A stretch of DNA of 64,000 nt from the NCBI GenBank assembly GCA_964629785.1, contig CAZVRU010000003.1, forward strand, positions 2,740 to 66,739, given 5' to 3'. The notes below the pieces were generated by a model. That model ran no database searches and had not been told where the DNA came from. It saw only the letters and a list, made by a program, of their open reading frames with translations. Each line of letters opens with the position of its first letter. Positions within the stretch are counted from its first letter, which is position 1. The stretch is from an uncultured Planctomycetia bacterium (GTDB lineage Bacteria; Omnitrophota; Gorgyraeia; Duberdicusellales; 4484-171). Shown here piece after piece: positions 55,580 to 63,400 of the stretch. The position numbers and the translations under genes were made by a program.

Positions 55580-55912
55580 TCAGGTCCGGCTTTTTCTGCC
55601 GGAAGAAAGTGTGAACCTGTCTTTATTAAAGGCGGTTATGTCGCGAAATTCGGAAAGGATAAAACGGATTATCCGGCCCTGATCAGAATCGGAATTAAGC
55701 CGGTAAAAAATGCGGTTGGCTTCTCTCCGGTCGAGGACGATCTTAAGCAGCCGCAGTCTGGTCAGATGACGGGAAACCGCCGGCTGGCTCATTTTCAGCA
55801 GAACGCAGAGTTCGCTTACCGTGAGTTCTTTTTCCTTAAGAAGGTTGACGATCCGCAGCCGGTTATCGTCTCCCAGGGCTTTTAATATCTGCCGCAGTTT
55901 TTTCAGGTCCAT
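55580..55912 (-). CDS. ArsR/SmtB family transcriptional regulator (paralogue)
   Basis: GDDNRLRIVNLL...LTVSELCVLLKMSQPAVSRHL. Confidence 0.8.
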   Translation of the reverse strand: MDLKKLRQILKALGDDNRLRIVNLLKEKELTVSELCVLLKMSQPAVSRHLTRLRLLKIVLDRREANRIFYRLNSDSDQGRIIRFILSEFRDITAFNKDRFTLSSGRKSRT

Positions 55913-55928
55913 AAAGCAAAATAAGAGG

Positions 55929-56903
55929 TCATACTGCCTCGATAGTCGAAGGCGGTTTAGCCGCGATATTATAGGTCACGCTGACCACGCCGGGCACTTC
56001 TTCGGTTATTCTTTTTCCCAGTGTTTCCAAAATATCGAAAGACAATCTGGTGGGTTTAGCGACTCTCGCGTCTTTGCTTTCCCAGCAGCGCACTTCGATC
56101 TGAAAACCAAAATCACGTTTGTTGTTTCGCATGCCGGTTACTTTATCTTCATGAAGTATGGCCAGATACTGGAAGGCGCCGCTGTCGTGCAGCTCTTCTT
56201 CCACTACCCGGGTCGCTTTCCGTACCAGCTTTACACGTTCCGGAGTGACCTCGCCGATGATCCGCGCTGCCAGCGCCGGTCCGGGAAAAGGCGGGCGGTT
56301 ATAGATCTCGTCCGGCAATCCCAGTTCTTTGGCAATACGGCGTACGCCGGTTTTCCTGAGCTGGATAAGCGGTTCCAGTACTTTATAACCGAAAGTCTTT
56401 TCCGTATCGATGCCCAGCTGGGACAGAATATTATGCTGGCGTTTCACACCGGCTATTGTCTCCTCAACATCAGTATAGATCGTTCCCTGGAGAAGGTATT
56501 TAGCACCGCTGTCTTTGACCAGTTTTCCGAACACTGTTTTGTAAAAGGTCTGGGTAATGGCTTCCCGTTTTTCTTCGGGATCGGTTTTTCCTTTCAGGGC
56601 CGAAAAAAACTGATCCCGGGCGTCGACGATCTCCACTTCCACTCCCAGGTCCCGGAAGATCCCGGCTACCCGCTGCGCTTCGCCTTCCCGCATCAGACCG
56701 TTCTCGACAAAATAGGTCTTCAGATTCTTTCCCAGGGCTTTATGCCCGAGCATGGTCACTGCCGAAGAATCGACCCCTCCCGACAAAGCATTTACTGCCA
56801 GGCCGTCTTTGACTTCTGCGGATAAACTTTTTACCTGCTGGTCGATAAAACTCCGGGGAATAAGCTGGTCGATCGTGATCTCTGAGATATTCATATTTTC
56901 CAT
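55929..56903 (-). CDS. guaA: GMP synthase ATP-pyrophosphatase subunit (GuaA subunit B type)
   Basis: PP-loop SGGVDSS, LLQGTIYTDVEE, PFPGPALAARI and a C-terminal KPPSTIE. Confidence 0.8.
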   Translation of the reverse strand: MENMNISEITIDQLIPRSFIDQQVKSLSAEVKDGLAVNALSGGVDSSAVTMLGHKALGKNLKTYFVENGLMREGEAQRVAGIFRDLGVEVEIVDARDQFFSALKGKTDPEEKREAITQTFYKTVFGKLVKDSGAKYLLQGTIYTDVEETIAGVKRQHNILSQLGIDTEKTFGYKVLEPLIQLRKTGVRRIAKELGLPDEIYNRPPFPGPALAARIIGEVTPERVKLVRKATRVVEEELHDSGAFQYLAILHEDKVTGMRNNKRDFGFQIEVRCWESKDARVAKPTRLSFDILETLGKRITEEVPGVVSVTYNIAAKPPSTIEAV

Positions 56904-57176
56904 ATCCTGTTACCTCCTCGCCTACAGCATTATCTATATTGGTTTATTGTATTTATTTTAAGGCGGGATTGCAAGGAATTAAATAGCGCATAGATCGGCC
57001 GATAGTCTATCGTCTATAGTCGATAGTAAGATATACGGAATTTAAATTTGAAAAATTTGCTGTTTGGAATGAATCAGTTAAATTCGCAAGGGATATATAT
57101 TATGGAATAATTTTAATAGACCATGGGCTATACCATTGGCCATAGACTATCGACAATCGACTACGTTTACGGAAAT

Positions 57177-57479
57177 TCAGCTGAAATTATAGTGTTTTTT
57201 TACCCTTTTTTTGATATGCCAGATGCAACTAAAGCCCCGGGGGAAAACCACCATATCGCCGGCCCCTAAACATATCAACCGCTCGTCCGGAGTCTTGACC
57301 TCGACATCGCCTTCCAGAATAAAGCAGGTCTCTTCCTGGTCATAATGCCATTTAAAGACCGATTCCTCTTTCTGCCAGATCGGCCATTCACGCACGCCCA
57401 ATTCCTTCAATTCCTGCTCAGTCGGCTTATGCACTTTTATATCCATATCGACTCCCCCTATAACCAGCTCATGGTTCAT
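57177..57479 (-). CDS. cupin_3 (DUF861-like) small cupin
   Basis: WPIW...FKWHYDQEETCFILEGDVEV...GDMVVFPRGF. An alternative start is at 57446. Confidence 0.7.
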   Translation of the reverse strand: MNHELVIGGVDMDIKVHKPTEQELKELGVREWPIWQKEESVFKWHYDQEETCFILEGDVEVKTPDERLICLGAGDMVVFPRGFSCIWHIKKRVKKHYNFS

Positions 57480-57503
57480 TGCTCACGGCTCATAAGATTA
57501 TAT

Positions 57504-57576
57504 CTCTCTACTCTCTACTCTCTACTCTCTACTCTCTACTCTCTACTCTCTACTCTCTACTTCCTACTCTCTACTT
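57504..57576. repeat. about 10 x CTCTACT heptamer microsatellite
   Basis: Uninterrupted CTCTACT run between two cupin genes. It overlaps the 3' end of ORF 57564..57941. Confidence 0.85.
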
Positions 57577-57941
57577 TCCCCCAGAACCTGTTCGTTCTCC
57601 GGTTTCCAGGCCGGATCGACGATGCAGACAAACTTCAGGTCGTCGTCTCCGGTATTCTTTATATACTGCAGAGATCCCGGGGCAATATAGACCAGACAAC
57701 CCGGATATACCCCGGCACTCTCGTCGTCGACGGTCATGATGCCTTTTCCTTCCAGAATATAATAGACCTCCGAACAGTTTTTCAGCTTATGGGGCTGAGT
57801 GGTCTGGCCGGCTTTGACCGTAGCATGAGCAAAGCTGTAGCGCAATTTCACTTCCTGTTTGCCGGGATGGATTAATTCACGCAGCAGCGAATCGTCACCG
57901 GCAGTGAATTCTTCCATTTCTTCCAGTCTTCGAATAAGCAT
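57564..57941 (-). CDS. cupin_2 domain protein
   Basis: HKLKNCSEVYYILEGKGIMTVDDE...PGCLVYIAPG cupin motifs. Confidence 0.7.
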   Translation of the reverse strand: MLIRRLEEMEEFTAGDDSLLRELIHPGKQEVKLRYSFAHATVKAGQTTQPHKLKNCSEVYYILEGKGIMTVDDESAGVYPGCLVYIAPGSLQYIKNTGDDDLKFVCIVDPAWKPENEQVLGESRE

Positions 57942-58105
57942 GATCTGCCTTTCCTGTTAAACCCAAATAACAAATACAAAGACCACAGTTAAGAAATGAG
58001 AGATGAGAGGAGGAGAGATGAGGTTTCTCCCGACTCCTGACTTTCAACTTATAACTTATAACTTGTAACCTGTAACTTGTAACTTGGCGGGCTTCGCCCG
58101 CCAAA

Positions 58106-58480
58106 TCATATTTCTTCCGGAATATCAGGCAGGGGGTTGCGGATGAGAACCAGTATCGATGAATGCGGGACTACGAAGAATTTCTTGTTTTCGAATTGTA
58201 TCTCCACTGCCTGATCTTTCAAAAACATGCAATAATCACCTTCCCTGGCCTGAAGGGGAAAATACTTATACTTATTGTCGGCTTTGGCCCAGGGCTCGGC
58301 AGCGAGGCTGGAAGGGTCAGGTACAGGATAACCGGGCCCGACTTTCACCACTTTGCCGGTCTGAACTTTGTCTTTCTCTTTTACGGTCTGAGGAAGATAG
58401 AGACCGGCATCGGTCATCCCCTCTCCCAGATCAGGTTCGACCAGAACTCTGTCGCCGATCAATATGATCTCTTTTGCCAT
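58106..58480 (-). CDS. GroES (Cpn10)-like protein with insertion
   Basis: ILIGDRVLVEP...GLYLPQTVKEKDKVQTGKVVKVGPG resembles GroES. An extra ~30-aa insert is present, and no groEL is adjacent. Confidence 0.55.
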   Translation of the reverse strand: MAKEIILIGDRVLVEPDLGEGMTDAGLYLPQTVKEKDKVQTGKVVKVGPGYPVPDPSSLAAEPWAKADNKYKYFPLQAREGDYCMFLKDQAVEIQFENKKFFVVPHSSILVLIRNPLPDIPEEI

Positions 58481-58514
58481 GACAGAAAAATTTTATCGCA
58501 GACCTTACAGAAGG

Positions 58515-59483
58515 TCAACTCCCGGTACTGCGGTACTGCGACAGATGCTGTATGCGCCGTAACATATTGGGATGGGTACTTAAGACTTCCATCAGCCTGT
58601 CGCCAAAAGTCAATTGTATGGTTTTGTTGCGTAAAGCACCCAATTCACCGGGATCTATGGTCCCGCTTTTATCCTGATCGATCTCGGCCAGTTCATATAT
58701 TTCTTTGCGGGCCCGGGACGGATCATTGACAAAAAAGGCCTTCAGTCCTTCCACGTCTTTAAGCGATTCTTTATTCATCCGGGCCGAACCATAGACCAGT
58801 TTATAAAGGGCCGAGGCCAGCCATTCCGGCCGGTTGCCCAGTTCCAGCGAACCGCGGTCGGCAAAATATTCGCGGATCCGCGAAGCGTAAAGTACCAGTA
58901 GATTGGTGATAAAGTAAAAAACAAAGGCCAACAGACCAATCAACGCGGCATTGCCGCTGTCCCGCCGTCTTCCTCCCCCGAACCAGAGAAAATGCCAGGC
59001 CAGATGATAAAGCACCATGGGGATCACCGAAAGCAGAGTAATGGTCAGCACATCGCGGTTCTTGAGGTGGCTGAGTTCATGGCCCAGTACTGCCCGCAGT
59101 TCATTCTCGTCGAGCAGGCGCATTATTCCCTGGGTAACGCAGACCCGGCCGTCGGAAAGGCTTCTCCCGAAAGCAAAAGCATTGGGTAAAGAAGTCTGGG
59201 CAATACCGATGCGCGGCATTGGGATTCCGGCTTTGCGGGACAGTTGTTCGACCATGGCATAAAGTTCGGGAAATTCACTGCGCTCCGCGTATCTGACCCG
59301 CATCGACCATTCCACTAGTTTCGGTCCGGCCAGGTACTGGATCCCCATCAGAACAAAGGCGAATATCAGATAAAAATAAAAATTGGTAATGCCCATGGCC
59401 GTACCGATGACCGTAACAATGGCATAGACAATGGCAAACAGCACTGCCAGCATAATGAACATACGCAAATGCAGACCAAACAT
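58515..59483 (-). CDS. htpX: HtpX-like M48 zinc metalloprotease with inserted EF-hand loop
   Basis: HELSHLKNRD (HExxH), four TM segments and STHPNMLRRI. Canonical EF-hand loop DQDKSGTIDPGE. Confidence 0.8.
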   Translation of the reverse strand: MFGLHLRMFIMLAVLFAIVYAIVTVIGTAMGITNFYFYLIFAFVLMGIQYLAGPKLVEWSMRVRYAERSEFPELYAMVEQLSRKAGIPMPRIGIAQTSLPNAFAFGRSLSDGRVCVTQGIMRLLDENELRAVLGHELSHLKNRDVLTITLLSVIPMVLYHLAWHFLWFGGGRRRDSGNAALIGLLAFVFYFITNLLVLYASRIREYFADRGSLELGNRPEWLASALYKLVYGSARMNKESLKDVEGLKAFFVNDPSRARKEIYELAEIDQDKSGTIDPGELGALRNKTIQLTFGDRLMEVLSTHPNMLRRIQHLSQYRSTGS

Positions 59484-59501
59484 TATTTCCTCCTCTTTAA
59501 A

Positions 59502-60101
59502 TTATTTTTTCTTTACGATGAAAGAGTGAAACCGCCGGAAAAAATCGCGCGGCAGGGTTTCCGCGGGCAAAAGGCCCCGTTCCGCGGCAAATTTCATCTC
59601 TTCGATGGTATAAAAAGCATTAGGATTAAACTTATTGACCATCCCCACGATTTCGCTCAGGTTCTTACGGTTGACCACGGTAAAGATGATCTTTACCGAT
59701 CCTTCCATACCCTGGGCATCGACAGCAGTAACTCCGTAGCCCTGGCCGCGCAAAAACGAGATCAGGGCAGAAGAATCTTTTCTGGTTATCACCCGGACCA
59801 TCACATTACTGACCAGCAAACGCCGTTCGATGGAAATACCGGTAAAATTGCCCATGGCAAATCCAGCAGCATAGGCAATATAATTAAAGGGATTGTTGAG
59901 ATTCTGCATGATCTGGCGTATGGCCAGAAGCCAGAGCATCACCTCGAAAAAACCCAACACCGCGGCCAGGACCCTGATACCGCGAGACACTACGATGATC
60001 CTTACCGTACCGATACTTACGTCGGTTACCCGGGCCAGAAATATCAGTATCGGTATGACCGCCAGAGAAAAAAAACCCGAATGAAAAAAAGTCGTCTCCA
60101 T
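59502..60101 (-). CDS. UPF0316 family membrane protein (DUF2179 C-terminus)
   Basis: ARVTDVSIGTVRIIVVSRG N-terminal pattern and GYGVTAVDAQG...NPNAFYTIEE. Confidence 0.7.
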   Translation of the reverse strand: METTFFHSGFFSLAVIPILIFLARVTDVSIGTVRIIVVSRGIRVLAAVLGFFEVMLWLLAIRQIMQNLNNPFNYIAYAAGFAMGNFTGISIERRLLVSNVMVRVITRKDSSALISFLRGQGYGVTAVDAQGMEGSVKIIFTVVNRKNLSEIVGMVNKFNPNAFYTIEEMKFAAERGLLPAETLPRDFFRRFHSFIVKKK

Positions 60102-60219
60102 GAATCATTCCTCTAGGCAAGAGACCATTCTATGCCTGTTTTGGTAAGAATGCAAGAAGCCGGCCGGCAGGGCAATAAAAAGCGGCCGGATCTGACGCTA
60201 TAATAAGGAAAACCGGAGA

Positions 60220-60633
60220 TCAGGATGTTTTGCGGACCAACTCGTTTATTTTATCGGCGAGCGGTTTTAACTCATCTTTTTCGCGCAGAACTATCGGACC
60301 GGTCTGATCACCGCTGATATGGTCATCCAGGGCTTTTTCCAGACGCAGGACAGGACCGGCAATGCGGTGCGAAATTTCCAGGGCCCAGAGCAGGATCATC
60401 CCCAGGATCACCGGCAGAGAGATCAGGATGATCGTATTCACTCTGACCAGAATCGGCAGCAGATTAAAGGCGACCATCTCGGAAATGCCCAGCTGTTCGG
60501 CAAGCATCGCGAAAACAAGATAATACAGGCAGGCAGCGACCACCAGGGCCGGGATAAAGGCCGAGATAAAAACCAAAGCCAATACTTTTTTCTGCAAAGA
60601 AGAGCCGATGAAATTTCTCTTTCTTTTTTCCAT
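60220..60633 (-). CDS. small 2-TM protein with HAMP-like segment
   Basis: Two TM helices followed by SHRIAGPVLRLEKAL...LREKDELKPLA. Confidence 0.5.
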   Translation of the reverse strand: MEKRKRNFIGSSLQKKVLALVFISAFIPALVVAACLYYLVFAMLAEQLGISEMVAFNLLPILVRVNTIILISLPVILGMILLWALEISHRIAGPVLRLEKALDDHISGDQTGPIVLREKDELKPLADKINELVRKTS

Positions 60634-60781
60634 TTCCCTACTCCGTTTTTATTTTTTAGACTATATTTAAAAACCATGACAATTATACCACCTATTTGCA
60701 GAGAACGGTTATAAAAAGAAAATGCCGCATCCCTGACGATGCGGCATTCTTTTACGCCGTTTAATCTTCCCAGACCCTGTT

Positions 60782-61309
60782 TTATTCAGTATCCGGGCCG
60801 GGGCCTCTTCCCGGACCGAACTCTTTTCCCCGGGGCCCTTTATTGTGACGTCTTTCTCTGAATCTTTCTCCGAATTGCTGAAATTTGGCGAATTGTTCGG
60901 GGGTCAGGATATTCCTTACTGCCAGAATACTGTTGACCCGTTCATCGACCTGCTGATTGTGCAGCCCTTTTATCTCTTCTTTAAGAGCATTGACCTGAGC
61001 CGTATTCAGATCGGGTTTAGCTAGTTCATCAGCCAGATCCTTTCTTTTTGCCTGAAGTGCTTCACGCAGCTCATCCATCTTGGCCCGGTGAGCCTTACGG
61101 CCGGAGGTCAACTGAGCTTCCTGCTCCGCGGTCAGACCCAACTGCTGATGGAACTTTTCCCGGCGGGCCTCTCTTTCTTCTTCGCTTATCTGTCGTCCCT
61201 GTCTCCAGCCGGCTTTTTCTTCCGGCGGATAAGCATACGCCGATAAGGCCGGCACTACTACAGCCGCAGCAACAAACCATACCATTATTCTTTTAACTGT
61301 CCTGTTCAT
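60782..61309 (-). CDS. periplasmic Spy/CpxP-family (LTxxQ) protein
   Basis: Signal peptide. LTAEQ and LTPEQ motifs in a coiled-coil context. Confidence 0.7.
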   Translation of the reverse strand: MNRTVKRIMVWFVAAAVVVPALSAYAYPPEEKAGWRQGRQISEEEREARREKFHQQLGLTAEQEAQLTSGRKAHRAKMDELREALQAKRKDLADELAKPDLNTAQVNALKEEIKGLHNQQVDERVNSILAVRNILTPEQFAKFQQFGERFRERRHNKGPRGKEFGPGRGPGPDTE

Positions 61310-61362
61310 GATTGTCCCTCCTTTCTCCCTCTTAGACAGCGGGAGCAGGCAAAAAAGTTCCC

Positions 61363-61848
61363 TCAGAGAAAAATATCTTCCATTAAAGTCCCGTATCCCT
61401 GGCCGTTCTCTGCCGGATAGGGTTCGATATCGTCGATCAGGGAAGCATAATAATCAAGATGTTCTGCCTGCCGTTCCTGCCGTAAGCCCACTATCCTCTG
61501 ACGGAACAGCACTCCCGATATCAGCACTATAGCCACCAGCACCGCGTATACCGGGACCGGAGCAGAAAAGAGGCGGGATAAAAATCCCGGTTGTACTGCC
61601 GGTTCGGCCACCGGTTCGGCCTGACCGGCCGCTATTTTATCCTTTATCCTGTACCAGACAAATTCAGGCGGCGCTTTCAGGGATACTGTCTGAAAAGGGG
61701 CGATCACGGCCTCCTGTACTGTGCGGAAAAATTCCCGGCAGGCAGCGCAACCTTCAAGATGCCCATCAACCTTCTTTTTCATGGAAGGTGAAAGTTCGCC
61801 GTCACGATAATCGGTCAATATTAAATCGCGGATCTTTTTACAGTTCAT
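61363..61848 (-). CDS. anti-sigma factor (zf-HC2, single TM)
   Basis: HLEGCAACREF zinc-finger motif and a central TM helix. Overlaps the sigma gene by 11 nt. Confidence 0.75.
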   Translation of the reverse strand: MNCKKIRDLILTDYRDGELSPSMKKKVDGHLEGCAACREFFRTVQEAVIAPFQTVSLKAPPEFVWYRIKDKIAAGQAEPVAEPAVQPGFLSRLFSAPVPVYAVLVAIVLISGVLFRQRIVGLRQERQAEHLDYYASLIDDIEPYPAENGQGYGTLMEDIFL

Positions 61849-62401
61849 CTTTATTCACCCCTTTTTGCCTGGCCTTTAACAAAGCTTCCCGACCTCTTTT
61901 CAGTCTGGTCCTTACCGTATTTACATTGATCTCCAGGCTGTCGGCGATCTCCTGATAACTCATACCCTCTATTTCCCTTAATACGATACAGGCCCTCTGG
62001 TCAGGGTTCAGAGCATCGAGCAGAGAACCGAGGGCGTCCCGCATTTCGTCCTGTTCCAGACGGGCCGTGGCTGTATCCGGGGCAGCCTGCGTCTTAAGGG
62101 CAATATCATAATCGGCGCGGCGGCCGCGCTCCTGGGAATTCCGGCGATAGACATTGAGCGCCGTATTCATGGCGATCCGGTATATCCAGGTCTTGAGCGA
62201 CGACTGAAACCTGAACCTTTCCAAATGAGCGTATATTTTCAAAAATACATCCTGGGTGACCTCTTCGGCATCGGCTGTATTGCGGGTCACGGCCAGAGCA
62301 GTGGTATATACAAAACCGGAAGCAGTCCTGTATATTTCTTCAAATGCCGCCATATCGCCTGAAGCGGCCCTGTCAATCGTGGTTTTCTCGATCTCTTTCA
62401 T
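61838..62401 (-). CDS. ECF-type RNA polymerase sigma-70 factor
   Basis: Region 2 AEEVTQDVFLKIY...WIYRIAMN. Region 4 SYQEIADSLEINVNTVRTRLKRGR. Confidence 0.85.
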   Translation of the reverse strand: MKEIEKTTIDRAASGDMAAFEEIYRTASGFVYTTALAVTRNTADAEEVTQDVFLKIYAHLERFRFQSSLKTWIYRIAMNTALNVYRRNSQERGRRADYDIALKTQAAPDTATARLEQDEMRDALGSLLDALNPDQRACIVLREIEGMSYQEIADSLEINVNTVRTRLKRGREALLKARQKGVNKDEL

Positions 62402-62449
62402 TTTATCTTCACTTTCTTAGACAGAAGCCGGGCCCCAAAAGTTCCCTGT

Positions 62450-63337
62450 TTAAGCCTTTTTCTGCCGGAAAAAACGGGTGTCGCGCGTGGCCCGGGCAAC
62501 CGCCTTCTCTTTTATCTCCAGCATTATATCAAAATCGAACTTTTCTGTCGCCGCGAGAAATTTCCCGAATTTCCTTATATCGATGGCCTCGGCATGGGCC
62601 CCGGCTGCTTTTCCCCTGTTCTGAAGGCTGAAATCGACCATGGGCAGACCGTCTTTTTTTTTCCAGGTACGGGCTACGGCAGTAAAAACTTCCGGAAGGA
62701 AAAAACCGCCGGGATTGAGCGAATCATGGAATACATCGAAAAGTACCGGAACTTTGGTCTGGCCGTGCAGTTTCAGGCAATCGGCGATCGTATAACTTCT
62801 GTCGTCATTTTCGATGACCAGCCGGCGCCTGATCTCAGAAGAAAGCTTTTGGTAATTGCCGGCGAAACGTTTCAGAGCCGCCTGTTTATCTCCGTACACG
62901 CCGCCTACATGCAGCTGGATCTTTGCCGTACTGTCCAGTTCCATCAGATCCAGTACCCGGGCATGATAGCTCAGCTCGGCAATGCTTCTTTTTACCACAT
63001 CTTTTTTTTCGGCATTGAGCACGATAAACTGATCAGGATGCATGGATATCCGTATGGCGTGTTTTTTGATGAACCGGCCGATCTCCCAAAAACGTTTTTT
63101 GAATTCTTTTTGCCAGGGACAGGAGCAGACAGGATGAGAGGCAAAAGGTACCAGTTGTGAAGTTATCCGGAAAAACAGGATATCATGGGCCAGATTATAT
63201 TCCAGGATCTTAACCAGACAATCCAGATTGGTTTCCACGGTCCGGCGCAGTTTCTCCGGCGTATAGCTGCGGAGACGAAAGGTCCGGTTCCCCTTACATT
63301 CCAGGGTCCGGTTTATACAGGGATATCCTATCTTCAT
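62450..63337 (-). CDS. uvdE: UV damage endonuclease
   Basis: MKIGYPCINRTL...RTFRL N-terminus. TIM-barrel His/Glu pattern (MHPDQF, LHVGG, IEND, FDVFH). Confidence 0.75.
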   Translation of the reverse strand: MKIGYPCINRTLECKGNRTFRLRSYTPEKLRRTVETNLDCLVKILEYNLAHDILFFRITSQLVPFASHPVCSCPWQKEFKKRFWEIGRFIKKHAIRISMHPDQFIVLNAEKKDVVKRSIAELSYHARVLDLMELDSTAKIQLHVGGVYGDKQAALKRFAGNYQKLSSEIRRRLVIENDDRSYTIADCLKLHGQTKVPVLFDVFHDSLNPGGFFLPEVFTAVARTWKKKDGLPMVDFSLQNRGKAAGAHAEAIDIRKFGKFLAATEKFDFDIMLEIKEKAVARATRDTRFFRQKKA

Positions 63338-63400
63338 ACTTTTATTATAGCAACAAAACCGGAAGGGGAAAATCATTGCTAATCCCCTGCTGAGATAGGT

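Noticed and set aside
55821-56825. A 334-aa plus-strand ORF. Similar long antisense ORFs occur at 20304..21008, 50962..51555, 59469..60116, 62594..63160 and 24060..24599.
   Set aside because: Each lies exactly antisense to a minus-strand gene with clear family motifs (GMP synthase, peroxiredoxin, rubrerythrin, UPF0316, UvdE, patatin). Their sequences are low-complexity and Arg/Ser/Pro/Gly-rich, as expected for shadow ORFs in GC-richer DNA.
57895-58104. A 69-aa ORF (VTSYRLQVISYKLKV...). The 62-aa ORF at 44119..44307 is a similar case.
   Set aside because: Both are translations of intergenic word repeats (ACTTATAAC and GTCAGA stutters). They lack convincing starts or RBS.
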